A stretch of DNA of 64,000 bases, from NCBI RefSeq assembly GCF_009914755.1, contig NC_060937.1. One strand, 5' to 3'. Positions 1 through 14,596 of this stretch are shown piece after piece. This stretch comes from the human T2T-CHM13v2.0 reference genome, Homo sapiens. The translations under genes and the position numbers were made by a program. The number at the start of each line of letters is the position of its first letter. Position 1 is the first letter of the stretch. Below the pieces are notes generated by a model that did not search any database, had not been told where the DNA came from, and worked only from the letters and a program-made list of their open reading frames with translations.

Positions 1-930
1 TGTATTTGGGCATGTAAGTTATGTCCAGTTTTGACCATTTTGAATAAAGTTGCTATGTATATTTGTGCATAAGTTTTTTTGTAGACATAAGTTTTGTTTC
101 CCTGGGATGCAAAAGATCATTGTTTATAAGATATATATATATTTTTTTCATTCATCTACTTTAAATATTTCTTTATATTCCATGTGTCTTTCATAGATTG
201 AACAGAGTTGAATCTTGCTTTTTTATTCAATCTTCTAATCTCTGCCTTTGATTTAGAAAATGAGACCATTGACCTCCCCCCTACCCCAACCACCATCCTC
301 TTTGCTCGTTTTTATTTTTTTCCTGTTTCTTTTTTTCTACCTTGTTTTGGAATATTTTAATATATTTAGAATTATATGTGAACATACAGATTGCCTTTTA
401 GCTATACTAATTTTTATAATATTAATGGTTGCTCTTTTCCAACAGCACTTTAAAGGTATTAATCCATAGTATTTGGGCCACCTTTGTTTCTGAAAAAATG
501 TCTACAGTCATTCAATTAATTTTACCCCTGTATGTGACGTGTTACTTTACTCTAGCTGATCTGGAAATTTTTACTTCATTATTTGGCTTTCAGCAATTTG
601 GCTGTAATGTGCCTAGCCTTGGGTGTTTTATATATATGCTGTTTGGTGAATCATAGCTTCTTGAATCTGTAAACTTATTCATTTAATGGAATTAAAAACT
701 TGTTTTACTTCTGCGGATTTTTTTTTTTTGTCACATACTCTCCTCACCTCTTTAGCTCCATTTTTCTGCCAGTTACATCTTTCGAAATTGCCCAACATGT
801 TACTGAAGCACTATCCAATATTGTGTTTTCTGTCTTCTGTAGATTAAATTATTTCCATTCGTCTCTCCTCAGGGTCACAAACAATATTGCTACCATTCTT
901 TTCTGCTATTCTGATTTTTAACTTTTAATT
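1..930 (-). mobile_element. Highly decayed old L1 (L1M-class) fragments
   Basis: T-rich sequence with motifs resembling antisense old L1 (e.g. 'ttttgaataaagttgctatgtatatttgtgcataagtt', 'gttgaatcttgcttttttattcaatct', 'gcttcttgaatctgtaa'). Recognised from memory; boundaries approximate. Confidence 0.5.
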
Positions 931-985
931 CTAAAATTGTTTTTTTAATTAAATTCTCACTGAGATGTTATTTTTTTTTTATTAA

Positions 986-1315
<330 letters not shown>

Positions 1316-2118
1316 TAAAATGTACTACTCTTTACTTTGAGAACATTTGTAATAGTGAATTTCAAATTATTGTCTATAATTTCAAACATTCATGTCATTT
1401 TGAGATAAACATCTGTTGATCATTTTGTTTGCTACAGATTGGATCACATTTCCTGGGTCTTGCTATGCTAAGGTTTGGATAATATCCTGGATAATTAAAA
1501 TATTATTTGTTATTTCATTAGATTGTTCTGAAGATTATTTATTCGTTGAAGCAGGCAATTAACTTGATTATTCTCAAACTGCAAAGAGTCATAGTCATAC
1601 TGTGCGGTAGCCCAGATCACAATTCAGTTATTTAAGTCCACTGTATTTTACTTTCCATTTGCATTGTTTGTATGTTTTAGGCATTAGCAAGAGGATGGGC
1701 CCTTTAAAAACGTTTTGGAGTGCCTTTCCTCTGGCTTTTTTGGGTGTTCACTCTCTGGAGGTCCTAATTTCCGCAGCCTCATTCTCCTGTTCCTCCAGTG
1801 AAGGTGTTGGACTTTCTATCAGAATTTTAGCTGCCCCTGACCAGCTGCCACCACAAGAGCAGCCACCCACAGTCAAAAGCTACAAAAACAAGGAACTCAC
1901 TTTGTGTCGGTCACTTGTTCCAAGGTTTACCAACCCTCAAACATCTGCCTGCTCTTGTCCACTGTCCAGAACCCACAGAAAGTTCAGTTTCGTATACCGT
2001 ACACAGTTATCAGTTATGTAGTTTGGGGAGAATCAGTTTGTTATGTGCTCATTCTTTCCTACCAAAAGTAGAACTTTGTATGTTTTCAATAAATAAGCAA
2101 ACTCGAACAACAAGCAAA

Positions 2119-2485
2119 TGTATCAGTCCATTTTCATGCTGCTGTTAAAGACATACCGGAGACTGGGCAATTTACAAAACAAAGAGATGTAATTGGACTC
2201 AGTTCCATTTGACTGGGGAGGCCTCATAATCATGGCGGAAGGCAGGGAGGAGCAAGTCACATCTTATGTGGATGGCAGCAGGCAAAGAGAGAGCTTGTGC
2301 AGGGAACTCTTGTTTATAAAACCATCGGATTTCTTGAGACTCATTCACTATCACTAGAACAGTGGAGGAAAGACCCGCCCCCATAATTAAATCACCTCCT
2401 GCTGGGTTCCTCCCAGAACACATGGGAATTGTGGGAGTTACAATTTAAGTGGAGATTTTGGTGGGGACACAGCCAAACCATATCA
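2119..2485 (-). mobile_element. THE1 (THE1B/C-like) MaLR solo LTR
   Basis: TG...CA termini; minus strand begins 'tgatatggtttggctgtgtccccacc', the THE1 LTR start. 5-bp TSD gcaaa at 2114-2118 and 2486-2490. Confidence 0.93.
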
Positions 2486-3229
2486 GCAAACTCGTAATTG
2501 AGTTTCCATGCATATATGTGTTTAATAATATTTACATTTAATCTCTGTATCTTTCAGAAATAAGTTGACAATTTTATTGGAATTCATACTGCTTCACTTT
2601 TAATTTAAGCCTCTATGAATACAAGGAAACAAAACATCAGATATGGAATAAAATTTAAGAACATTTATTAAATACCACAATCTACCTCATAGATAGCCTA
2701 AAATATAAAATAAATTGACAGATATATTTGCTAATATAAAAAGTCAAAAACCAAGGCTCTTCTCATCACATCTTGGGCTTATTTCATCTCCTGCCTCAAA
2801 TACGCTCCATCCACATCCTCCAGGCCCTTCCTCTTTTCTGCAGATAGGCTTTCTCTGCTTTACCATCTTGTCTCATGTCAAGTTTAGAACTGTTGCCTTG
2901 TGGATTCATGCATTACTGGTGTACTAACCCAGACATACGTGGTTTTCAACACAAGATTTTACCACCATTTCACTGATGTAATTTCTCAGGTTCATGGCTA
3001 TTTAATAGTGGGAGATTATTTTATATTTCTAACATGGTCTAGGTTTCCACTCCTACTGCTCCTACTATTTGTTGTGCAGAAGGTTAATAAGGTAGGAACT
3101 TAGGCTTATTTTTCCAGATTTTATGAATGGAGCTGGTGTTTTAACAATGATTACATAACAGTTGGGATATATATTACATTTGTTATGCATATAACATAGC
3201 TTTAGTTATTATATTAATACTTTTAAAAG

Positions 3230-3340
3230 GTATATAAATATTATTCCCATTGTGTAGAGGAGAAAATTGAAGCTTACAATTTAAAACAAATGCATCAAAT
3301 TTTTATATCTAGTAAATGCTAGAGTTGGAGTTCATACATA
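3230..3340 (-). mobile_element. MIR fragment
   Basis: 'attattcccattgtgtagaggagaaaattgaagct...ctagtaaatgctagagttggag' resembles the MIR core; very diverged. Confidence 0.5.
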
Positions 3341-3459
3341 TTTTGGGCTGTACGAGTGAAGAGAAAAATAAAAGTATGATCAATAAATATACTCATTGGG
3401 TAAAATATTTTATGAGGTAATATGCATTATAAATCAATCTGAAATCTCCATTTTACCGA

Positions 3460-4920
3460 TTCCACTAACTTACCTAGTGCAAGCCATAACCATGTCTTCC
3501 TTGAATAATAATCTCATCACTATTCTCACTAAATCCATTCCTAGTCTATAGCAACTATTTTTCAGACAGAGCCAGAATAATCTTCCAAATTTATGATGCC
3601 TATAGTGTATTTAAATACTAAGTGTTTTTTCTTTGTACTCAGATTAAATAATAAAAATCTTCCTGTGGCCTGAAGAACCCTGAATTATCTGACAAGTGTT
3701 GAACTCACCAGCCTCAACTATGTTTTTCATCCGTTGCTTAATCCACTCTCAGTCACACAGACATTACTTAACATTATTCAAACACACCAAGCTCCTCTCT
3801 GCTCAGGGACTATGTTTAACTTTTCATACCTTGAGAGTGATTTCTCTAACTCTACTCAGAAATCACATTAATGGTTCACTATGTATCACCCTGGATCTAA
3901 CCTCATTCTCCATTTGTACAACCACATGACTCAGGGCCTGTTTCTGCTACAGTACTTACTGCACCCAAGCTGAATCAAATCCCTATCTTCTGTTTAATGA
4001 CCATGTTTTTCATAGACTAACCTCCATCTGTGCTTTCTGATTACTCTGATCCCTCTGCATATGGTATCATGGCTATTATATCACAAGTGCTAACTCTTTT
4101 AGCATAATATTCTTCACACACTCAAAAATTGATTGACTACCTATTGTTTTTGAGGAATTATTTCACAAGATATTACAGTAAATATAAAGACAGACATTCC
4201 ACCTCTTATACTGTATACATTTTGGTTCAGGAATTAGACAAGAAATAAGTGAAATATTGTTTGTTTCAAGTGGTAATATATACATGAGGAATAATAAAGT
4301 GTTGAAGATGTTAAAATTTAAAGTAGGGATATCACAAAGCTTATAAAAAGTTGGCACATTAAGAAAAATGTCAATAAGCTAATAGAACAAGCCATGCCAA
4401 AAAAAAAAAAAGAAAAGAAAAAAGAAGAAGCCACAGAGTTCTAAGGAAATATCATTCCAATGAGAAATTATAAGACCTTTTACAGCCCTGAAGCAGGAAC
4501 TTGCTTGCCGTGTTGCAGTTACAACAAGGACGCAGTGTTAGTAGGGTGGAAAAGGCAGGAGGAGAATTATCAAACAGAGATAAATAAAGAGAGAGAAAAA
4601 TAGAGAAAATGATTTACGGACACAAAATACATTGAAAAAACTTTCTACATTATCAGTGGAAGACCACTGGATTCATTTAAAAAGAGGACTTTCATGATCA
4701 GAATTATGTTTTAAGAGAATCATGTGTGCCACTAGGAATTAGTCTGTAGTAAGGAGACAAAAGTAAATAGAAAAATAATATTTAGGGCTGTTCCTATAAT
4801 CCAAGTGAGAGACATGAGTTTCTTAGATCGTGGTAATATGAGTGGAGTATTGATATTGTCAAATGCTGCATGTATTTTGAAATTAAACCAAAATGATTTA
4901 CTGATTCCTGAAGGGTGTGG
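3460..4920. mobile_element. L2 fragments (one plus, one minus orientation)
   Basis: 'acctagtgcaagccataaccatgtctt...gccagaataatcttcc' resembles L2 sense; 'gaagcaggaacttgcttgccgtgttg...agaccactgg...gatcagaattatgttttaagagaatca' resembles L2 antisense. Approximate. Confidence 0.5.
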
Positions 4921-5982
4921 AAGGTCAGAATTTGTATTGTTGAATATTGGATTAATATGTATTTTAATTTATGAACAGATCAGGTATCTGATACTATGCT
5001 GTGATGTATAAAATTATTTATGTAATAAAAATGCCCAGTGATTTGGAAAACCAAATACACATTTGAAGACAATTAGGAAGTCTTGCTCAAACTTATTCCA
5101 AGAGGCTGTTTAAATGATGAGAAAAGTAGTTGAAACAGAATATAGAGGGAATGTTTTCAAATTCTTATTTTGTTCCTGTATAAACTACAGTAAAATGAGG
5201 ACTGGGGGTGGAAAGAACAAGCTAATATAGAATACAATTACCCTTAACTCAGGAGTTTACTCTACTGCTCTCTTTTCCTCTAACAGAAAGAAATATGACT
5301 GTGAAAACATATTCATAAGGTAGATGCAAGATCTTATTAATAGATCAGCACTCATTACAATGTAATAAATCATAAAATTTGAGTTTAAAATCAAGACAGA
5401 CTTAACATGTGACTGACTCTCCATAAAATTTTGTTTTACATGAGTCAATAATTCAAGTTATAAAAACGTTTTTCCTCTCTGAATTAATTGTAGCATATTA
5501 AACCCAGCTCACTATAAAAATTTATTACAAATATTTTTCCCAATAACAAGTTTGGTAGTTTTTACAGCCTTCAAGTTTTACAAAATATTTATTTGGTGAG
5601 GGCAACTTGACTAATCACCCTCAGGACCATGTTTCAGTACGTCTTCTTAACTAGTAATCATCAAGTATTTTAAAACAAATATAATGCTATCCAACATATA
5701 TGCACATAATTGTGTGAAGCAGGATAAATTGTGCGCTGCTTCATTAAATTATTATAAAAAGTAAAAGTGCATTTTTAAGTAATTGAACACATTTTACAAT
5801 GAATGTGTGTTTTTCAATTATAATAATGTCAAATATGAAATATACACTGCTACAGCTACACTTTTCTTTATTCAATTGTAAAAGGGAGTGCATTTTACCT
5901 TAGTATTCTCTTTAGTGCGGTATATAAATGTTAATTAAAAATACCTTATTATTTAACATTAATTTTTATTTACTTTTTAGCC

Positions 5983-6244
<262 letters not shown>

Positions 6245-6251
6245 TATTAAC

Positions 6252-6376
6252 TTTGTTTTCTTTTAGAGACAGAGTATCACTCTGTCACCAGGCTGAAGGC
6301 CAGGAGTGAGACCATAGTTCACTGTAGGCTTGACCTTTCCAATTTAAAGGATCATCCTGCCCCAGACACCTGAATA
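6252..6376 (-). mobile_element. Old AluJ-like right-arm fragment
   Basis: 'ttttagagacagagtatcactctgtcaccaggctg...accatagttcactgtaggcttgacc...gatcatcctgcc' carries J-type features, heavily diverged. Confidence 0.75.
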
Positions 6377-6391
6377 GAAAATTATTGTATT

Positions 6392-7042
<651 letters not shown>

Positions 7043-7669
7043 TTAAAAATTGAAAAATTTAGGGTACACAAGAAAAGATCAATAGAACATATAGTTTACA
7101 GAATGTTTTATTTGCCAAACTGCGTGTTTTAACCTTAAAAATTAGACATTTTATAGATTAATTTGTGGAATGATATGTATATTTTGTTCTATAAAATTAT
7201 GTATTTTACACATAAATATTTGACATATCTATATAGTAAAAATAAATATATTTTAAAATTTTTAACTGTTTTTGCTTGTATTAATTTACTTGCAATCCAA
7301 GATCTACTGATATGAGAATAGATACGGTATTATGGATAATGGGAAGATCTAAATAGAGATGATATGGCCAACACTTTCCCTGTTATTATTAGATTGAACC
7401 CAATGTAAGCTAGACACAGCACCACTAATACTTGGCAATTGTGTGTCTTCTAATTTTGTTTCAAAATATTTGTATACTCACTTCTACCTAAGCTAATAAG
7501 TACAAGCTATGATTTCTTGATTTTTTTCTCATCTCAAATAGAAAAATAAAATTATCTGAAATACCTTTTAATTTTTTTCAGTAGCAAGTGAATGATTATA
7601 ACATAAGACTCTTGTTGAAAGGGATGATAGAAGAACGGGAGAGAACGTTTGAATGATATTCTGTAAATT

Positions 7670-7983
7670 GATCACTTCCATGGAGCAATGGGATCTGTAA
7701 ACTGTGTTAGCAAATGATCTAACTCAAGAGGGAGTTGTGGGAACTCCAGATTTACAGCTGATTGGTCATAAATATGAAAGACCAGGTCTTGTGAATGGCG
7801 TCTGATGTGGGGGCAGTCTTGTGGGACTGAGCTTTTGACACGTGGGATCTGTGGCAAACTGCAGGTAGTGTAAAAATTGAATTGAATTTTTTTTTCAGGG
7901 GGAAGGTAAGCATGGGTGAGAACCCTACACATTTGGTGTCAGAAGTGTTCTGTGTTAGAATGTAGAGAAACCGTTTTCCCAGA
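7670..7983 (+). mobile_element. MER21-family LTR, 3' portion
   Basis: 'gtgggggcagtcttgtgggactgagc', 'aattgaattgaat' and 'acacatttggtgtcagaagtgtt' are characteristic of MER21 LTRs (from memory). Confidence 0.75.
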
Positions 7984-8738
7984 ATTCGTGTCAGAATCAG
8001 AATTTACTAGAATGGCCCTGGTTCAAAGAAACGTATGGTTTAGAAACAGAAAGATTAAAAGGACAGGAGATAAGGAACTTTTGATTCCTAGGTGGCCATT
8101 TGGTTACACATGGTATGAAGCGGCAGCTATGCTGCAATCAAGTACTACATGCAAAGGTTACTAATGGAATTTAAAGATGAATCCAACTCTTGGGAAGTTT
8201 CATTGGTTGTAAAAGGAAATGCAAGCTAATAAGAAAAAAGTAAAATATGCAATTCCTTTTCATTGTTTTCTGTAATGGCTCGGCTAAAATTAAAAGAGAG
8301 TGCTGGGTCAGACTTTGATGCTAGAACAAGCTCAGATTTCAGTGAATCTGAGCTTCAGCCACTAGTTTCAAAGTCAACTCCAACGGGACACATTATGCTG
8401 GGACTACAGTAAGTACCTCTAAAACCTCTGGTCACCAAGAAGATAGAAAACATGGGAAGAGGGCAAAACAAAGAAACCATTGAAACCAGTGGGTCTGGTG
8501 TGAAGGAGTTGTTTCATTTTGTAGATTGGTATAATCAGCTTCCTGAAAAACCTTTACTAAAATGGATTATGAAAATAAGTAATTTATAGATAGTGTCTTT
8601 GATTTTGCATGCTGCAGAGCGAAAGATCATGTTTGGGTTGATACAGGATGTATAAATCACTATGGAACAACCACAGATCTTTATACAGAATCCAGACATG
8701 AAGTTAATTATTCCTAAAAGAGTAGCCTAGTGGATCGG
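7984..8738 (+). mobile_element. ERV internal (leader/gag-like) sequence adjoining the MER21 LTR, truncated
   Basis: Directly follows the LTR, starts with a degenerate tRNA-Leu PBS-like motif (7986-8003) and ends abruptly at L1 sequence. No intact ORF. Confidence 0.55.
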
Positions 8739-9659
8739 AGTGAGAACATGAGGCATTTATTTTTCTGTGCCTAACCTATTTCAGTCAACATAATGTCCTC
8801 TAGGCTCATTGATGTTGCCATGAATGACAGGATTTCAGTTTTCCTTATAATTGAACAGTGTTCCACTGTGTATATACCAATTTTCAAAAATCCATTCATC
8901 CATTGATGGACACTCAGGTTGATTCCATATTTTGGCTATTATATGAATAGTGCTATAAGAAACAACATGGGAGTACAGGTATCACTTCAATGTATTGATT
9001 TCCTTTCCTTTGAATAAATGGTAGTGAGATTGCCGGATCATATGGCAGTTCTAGTCTTAACTTTTTAAAAAATCTCCTTACTGTTTTCCCATAAAATATT
9101 TGTCTAGACTAAGTCCTTAAGCACTTACGTGTCTTTTCTTCTAGTAGTTTTTATAGTTTCAGGTCTTAATCCCCTTTGAGTTGATTCCTATACATGGTTA
9201 GAGGGAAGAGTCTAGTTTAATTTTCTCAATATGGATATTCCGTTTGCCCATGACCATTTATTGAAGATACTTTTCCTTCTCCATTATACATTCTTGGTGC
9301 CTTTGCCAAATATCAGTTGACTGTAAATATGTGGATTTACTTCTAAGTTCTCTACTGTGTTTCTTTGGTTAGGATTCTGTTTCTACACCAATACCATGCT
9401 GTTTTGCTTACTATAGCTTTGGAGTATATTTTGAAGTCAGGTGGTGTGATGTTTCCAGATTTATTCATTTTGATCAGTATTGTTTTGGCTATTTTGGATC
9501 TCTTATGTTCCATAAAAATTTTAGGATTGTTTTCTTCATTTATATGAAGAGTGTCATCATTAATCTCATGGGTATTACATTGGATCTATAGATTGCTTTA
9601 GGTAGTATGATCATTTTAGCAATATTGATTATTCCAGCCCATAATCATTGGATGTATTT

Positions 9660-9700
<41 letters not shown>

Positions 9701-12700
9701 ATGTGTGGCCTGTTTAAATTATTTCATCAGTGTTTTGTTCTTTTCATCATAGAGACATTTCCTTTCCTTGGATAAATACATTCCTATGTATGTATGTATT
9801 TATTTATTATAGCTTTAGTAAATGGGATTACTTTCTTCATTTTTTTTAGCAATTTCATTATTTTTGTACATAAATGCTACTAATTTATTATTATTGAGAA
9901 ATTCATATGAACTTTATTTCTTTCTCTTGCATGATTGTTCGGGCTAGGACTTCCAGTACTATATTGCATAGGAGTGATGAAAGTGAACTTCCTTGTTTTG
10001 GTCCAGATCTTAGAGAAAAGACTTTCAGTTTTTCCCCATTCAGCATGACATAAAATGTGGGTTTGTGATAAATGGCCTTTACTGAGTTGAGGAATGTTTC
10101 TTCTACATCTAGCTTGTTGAGAGTTTTTATCATGAAGGGATGTTAAATTGTATCATATTTTTTCTGCATTTATTGAAATGAGCATATGATTTTTGTCATT
10201 TATTCTATTGAGGCATATCATACCACATTTATTGATTTGCATATATTGAACCATGCATGCATCCCTGGCATAAATCCCACTTCATCATAGTGTCTTGCCT
10301 TTTTTATGTGTTGTTAGATGCCATTTGCTAGTAGTTGTTTATAATTTTTTCATCTATGTTCATCAGAGATACTGGCCTGCAGTTTTCTTTTTTGTTGTGT
10401 CCTCACCTGGTTTTGTTACCAAGGTAATTTTGGGCTTGTAGAATAAGTTAGAAAGAATTTGTTCTTAAGATATTTGCAATTATTTGAGGAAATCTTGTGT
10501 TAGCTCTTGAAATGTTTGCTAGAATTCAGCAGGAAAGCCACCTAGTCCTGATATTTTCTTTCTTGGGAGTTTTTTTAAATTATTGATTCAATATCATTAC
10601 CTGTTGGTCTGTTCAATTTTTTATTTCTTCTTGGTGCAATCTTAGTAGGTAGTATATGTTGAAGAATTGATCAATTTTCTCTAGATTTTTCAAAATTTTT
10701 TAGCATATAGTTCTTTATAATAGTCCCTAGTGATCATTTGTATTGCTGTGGTATCAATTGTAATGCCATCTTTTTGTTTCTTATTTTATTTATTTTGGAT
10801 CTTCTGTTTTTGTCTTATTTAGTCAGCTAATGGTTTACTTTTTTTAAAAAAACTTCTTTTGTATAATAACAACTTTTAGTTTTTTTTGTTGTTCTTTATT
10901 TGGTTCTGCTCTGATGTTTATTATTTATTTTCTTTACTAATTTTGATCTTAATTTGTTCTTGTTCTTCTAGTTCCTTGAGATATATTATCAGTTTCTTTA
11001 TTTAAAATTGTTATATTTTTTGATGTTGGCATTTATTGCTATAAACATTCTTCTTAGTACTGTTTTTGCTGTATACAATAGGTTTTAATATGTTGTATTT
11101 TGATGTCCATTTTTTTATTTTCTTATTAATTTCTTCATTGATGCTGTGATCATTCAGGAGGATATTGTTTTATCTCCATGTATATTTACAGTTTCCAAAG
11201 TTCCTTATTGTTTTCTAATTTTATTCCATTGTGTTCTGAGAAGGTACTTGATATGATTTTGATTTATTTTATCTATTGAAACTTGTTTTGTGGCCTAACA
11301 TATAGTCTATACTAAAATGTTTCTTGTGCTGATGAGAAGAATGTGTATTTTGTAGCTGTTGGATGAAATGATCTGTAAATATCAGTTAGGTGTGAAGATA
11401 TTCACAGTTTAAGTCCAAGTTTTTCTTTTTGACTTTCTATCTAGATGATCTTGCCACTGCTGAAAGTTGTGTGCTAAAATTCCCAATTTTGTTGTGCTGG
11501 GGTTGATCTCTCCCTTTAGATCCAATAGTACTTGCTTTATAGAACCCGATACCCTGGTGTTGAGTTCATATATTTGTACAGTTGTTGTATCCTCTTTCTG
11601 ACTTGAAAACTTTAGCATTATATAATGACCTTATCTTTTTTATGTTTTATGACTAAAAGTCTATTTTGTCAAATATAATTATAGGTACTCTTCCACATTT
11701 TTGGTTTGTGTGGAATATCTTTTTCCATTTCTTCACTTTCTGCCCACATATCTTTAAAAAGTGAAGTAGATTTAATATGGGCATCGGATGGTTAGACCTT
11801 TTTATTAAAATCTATTTAGCCAATTTACATTTTTAATTGGGAAATTTAAACCATTTGCATTCAAGGTTTTATTCATTATGAGAACTTACCCCTGTCATTT
11901 TATTAATTTTTTATTCTGATTGCTTTGTATATTGATTGCTTCTTCCTTCATCTCTAATTATTTATCTTTGCAATTTGGTGGATTTCTGTAATAATAATAT
12001 TTGATTCCTTTCTGTTCTCACTTGTATATCTGCCATACCAATGATGGCAGTATACATATCTATACTTTTTTTATATCTATACATATCTATACATATCTAT
12101 ACTTGTTTTAATGATGGTAGATATTGTGCTTTCACTTCCAGATGTAGGATTTTTCAAAGCAATTCTGGCAGGATTGGTCTAGTGGTGATTAATTCTCTTT
12201 ACTTTTTCTTGTCTGGCAAATACTTTATCTGTTATTTTTTAAGGATAGCTATGCTGTATATACTTCTCTGGCCTAGCAATTTTTTTTTCTTTCAGCACTT
12301 TAAATGTATCATCTTCTAGTCTGTAATGTTTCTGCTGAAAAATGTGCTGTTAGTCTGATGGTGATTCCCTTATATGACTTAGTACTTTTCTCTTGCTGTT
12401 TTTATAATTCTTTCTTTGCCTTTGACATTTGAAAGTTGGACTATAATGCGCCTTGGGAGAAGTTTTTGGATTTAATCTATTTGGGATGCTTAGAGCTTCC
12501 TGTATTTGGATGTCTATTCCTTACCCAACACCTGGGCAGTTTTTATATGTTACTTTGTTGAAGAGATTTTTCCATATTTTCCCATCTGTTCTGCAACTCT
12601 CAAAATATGATTATCTATTTGCTTGATATTGTCATATATATCATATAGGCTTTCTTCATTTTTTTAAATTAGTTTGTTTTTTGTTTATTTTTTTCTGACT

Positions 12701-13520
12701 GTTTTATTTCAAAAGACTTGTCTTCAAGTTCAGAAATGTTTTCATCTCTTGACCTAGTCTATTAGTGAAGTTCTTGATTATGTATTTTTTATTTTTTTCA
12801 TTGAATTATTTAGTTCCAGGATTCCTGTTTGGTCCTTTCTTTTGATATCTGTCTCTGTTGAATTTCTCATTCAGTTCATGAATTGTTTATGTAATGTCTT
12901 TGTATGGTCTGTTTTCTCTTGCATCTCACTCAGTTTTCTTAAGATCATTATTTTGAATTTCTTTTTAGGTATTGCATAGATTTCCTTTTTGGGGGTCTGT
13001 TACTGAAAAATTATTGTGCTCCTTTGGAGTTGTCATGTTTCCTCAGTTTTTTTTTTTTTTTTTTTTTTGCTTTGCTTCTGTGTCCCTATGTTGATATCTA
13101 TGCATCTAATGTAACAGTTGCTTATTCTAATTTTATGGACTATCTTTCTACGGAAATAATTTCTCTCGTGGCTGCATCAATACTATTGGTTATGTAAAGT
13201 GCTTTGGCTTTGGTTCTGGGTGGGTGTAGTAGTGTAGTCTCAAAGTGATATCTCTGGCCGTAATAACTGTCAGCTGTGTTTCTGAGTTTCTCAGTGGCTT
13301 ATACTACAGTTATTTTTGGTGGCTGTGGCAAGGTTTTCTTGGGGACTGGAATGCCAGGCAGGCCAATCATCAGATTCTGGGGGGCATGCATGGGGACCAG
13401 TGGTGAAGGTAGTAAACTCAAGTCAAGCCAATTCTCTGATCCCAGGTAGTGTGCAAGGGCACTGGTAGTTACAGTGGAAGACCCTGGGAGCCAGTCTTTG
13501 GTCTCCCATGTTGAGGACCT
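8739..13520 (-). mobile_element. Old L1 (L1MA-like): ORF2, ORF1 and part of 5' UTR, internally deleted
   Basis: ORF-track peptides resemble ORF2 (9903-10133 '[16 protein letters not shown]...[13 protein letters not shown]'; 11409-11618 endonuclease-like). The 3' UTR is absent, and ORF2 colinearity jumps near 9090 and 9895. Confidence 0.85.
9664..9693. repeat. (TG)15 microsatellite inside L1
   Basis: Direct reading. Confidence 0.97.
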
Positions 13521-13881
13521 AAAGCCATTTTTTTGCAAATGATATTGGTAAAATGGTCAGAGTGTGGAGAATAAGATTGCAAAACTTCCTGACATAGAAT
13601 CCTATGCACTTCGTTACTACCAGCTTTCTTCAATACAAAGTATGTTTTCCCACATTCAGCTATGAAGGAACTTTGGAGTCAAAAATTGTCATCATCTGAA
13701 CATTTTTCCCCAACATGCATTCACTGTGAGGTTTTTGAGGATTCTTTAATGACTCTTGTCTGAACCATGTTAAATAAGAGGGTGCAAAATAGTAATTTTT
13801 AGCCATCCTTTTATATTTATTTACTGAAATCTTTCTTTGAAAAAAATTTGTGTCTCCTTGTTGTTATTTTATTTATTCTTG

Positions 13882-14265
13882 TTGTGGAAGCTTATTAAAA
13901 AATGGTTACAATAATATTTTCTTTTCCACAAGCTCTTCTTATAATGTGACTTTAAAACCCCTTGTGTCAAGCAGTAGAAACAATGTTTCTTCCCCTTTTT
14001 ACGTGTTTTTTGTTTGTGAATTCAGTAAAAAATATCTCTGTGTAATTTACCATGTTAGGTTATGTAAGGTAATTCTAGCTTCCCAAATTCCATTCAATTC
14101 CGACTTCGTGTTTTATAACCGAGGATGACTGGACTTTGGACCACTGAGTCACTCAGGAACAAGAAGACATAACGGATCAGAGGCCAATTATTCATTCTAC
14201 TCCTATTTCAAATTCTTAACCAATACAGTCTAAAAGTATAATAAAATAGTTGTTTCATGATATTA
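13882..14265 (+). mobile_element. MLT1-type MaLR LTR (decayed), apparently within an L1MC 3'-end remnant
   Basis: 'tgtgg...aaaaatggttacaa...aatgtgacttt' start and 'caaattcttaacc...aataaaatagttgttt' end resemble MLT1G/H. Flanks (13700-13870, 14610-14900) resemble antisense L1MC 3' UTR. Confidence 0.45.
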
Positions 14266-14294
14266 AGGTTACTGCTAAAAATAACGCTTCTGTT

Positions 14295-14596
14295 GGCCAG
14301 GCGCGGTGGCTCATGCCTGTAATCCCAGTACTTTGGGAGGCCAAGGCAGTCCGATCACAAGGTCAGGAGATCGAGACCATCCTGGCTAATATGGAAACCC
14401 TGTCTCTACTTAAAATACAAAAAATTAACCGGGCGTGATGGTGGATGCCTGTAGTCCCAGCTACTGGGGAGGCTGAGACAGGAGAATGGCATGAACCCAT
14501 GAGGCAGAGCTTGCAGTGAGCCAAGATGGTGCCACTGCCCTCCAGTCTGGGTGACAGAGCGAGACTCCATTTCAAAAAAAAAAAAAACAAAAAAAA
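14295..14596 (+). mobile_element. AluY, full length, with TSD
   Basis: 'ggagaatggcatgaaccc...gagcttgcagtg' Y features; TSD aacgcttctgtt (14283-14294) vs aacacttctgtt (14597-14608), differing by a CpG-type transition. Confidence 0.95.

Noticed and set aside
2096-2494. Longer apparent TSD agcaaactcg around THE1
   Set aside because: The left copy (2096-2105) is not adjacent to the LTR. The true 5-bp TSD is gcaaa, and the longer match is a pre-existing local repeat.
14095-14185. Small CpG-containing patch with near-palindrome ctgagtcactcag; considered as snoRNA, NUMT or retrocopy
   Set aside because: No convincing C/D boxes, no recognisable mitochondrial or coding match, and it sits inside a probable MLT1 LTR.
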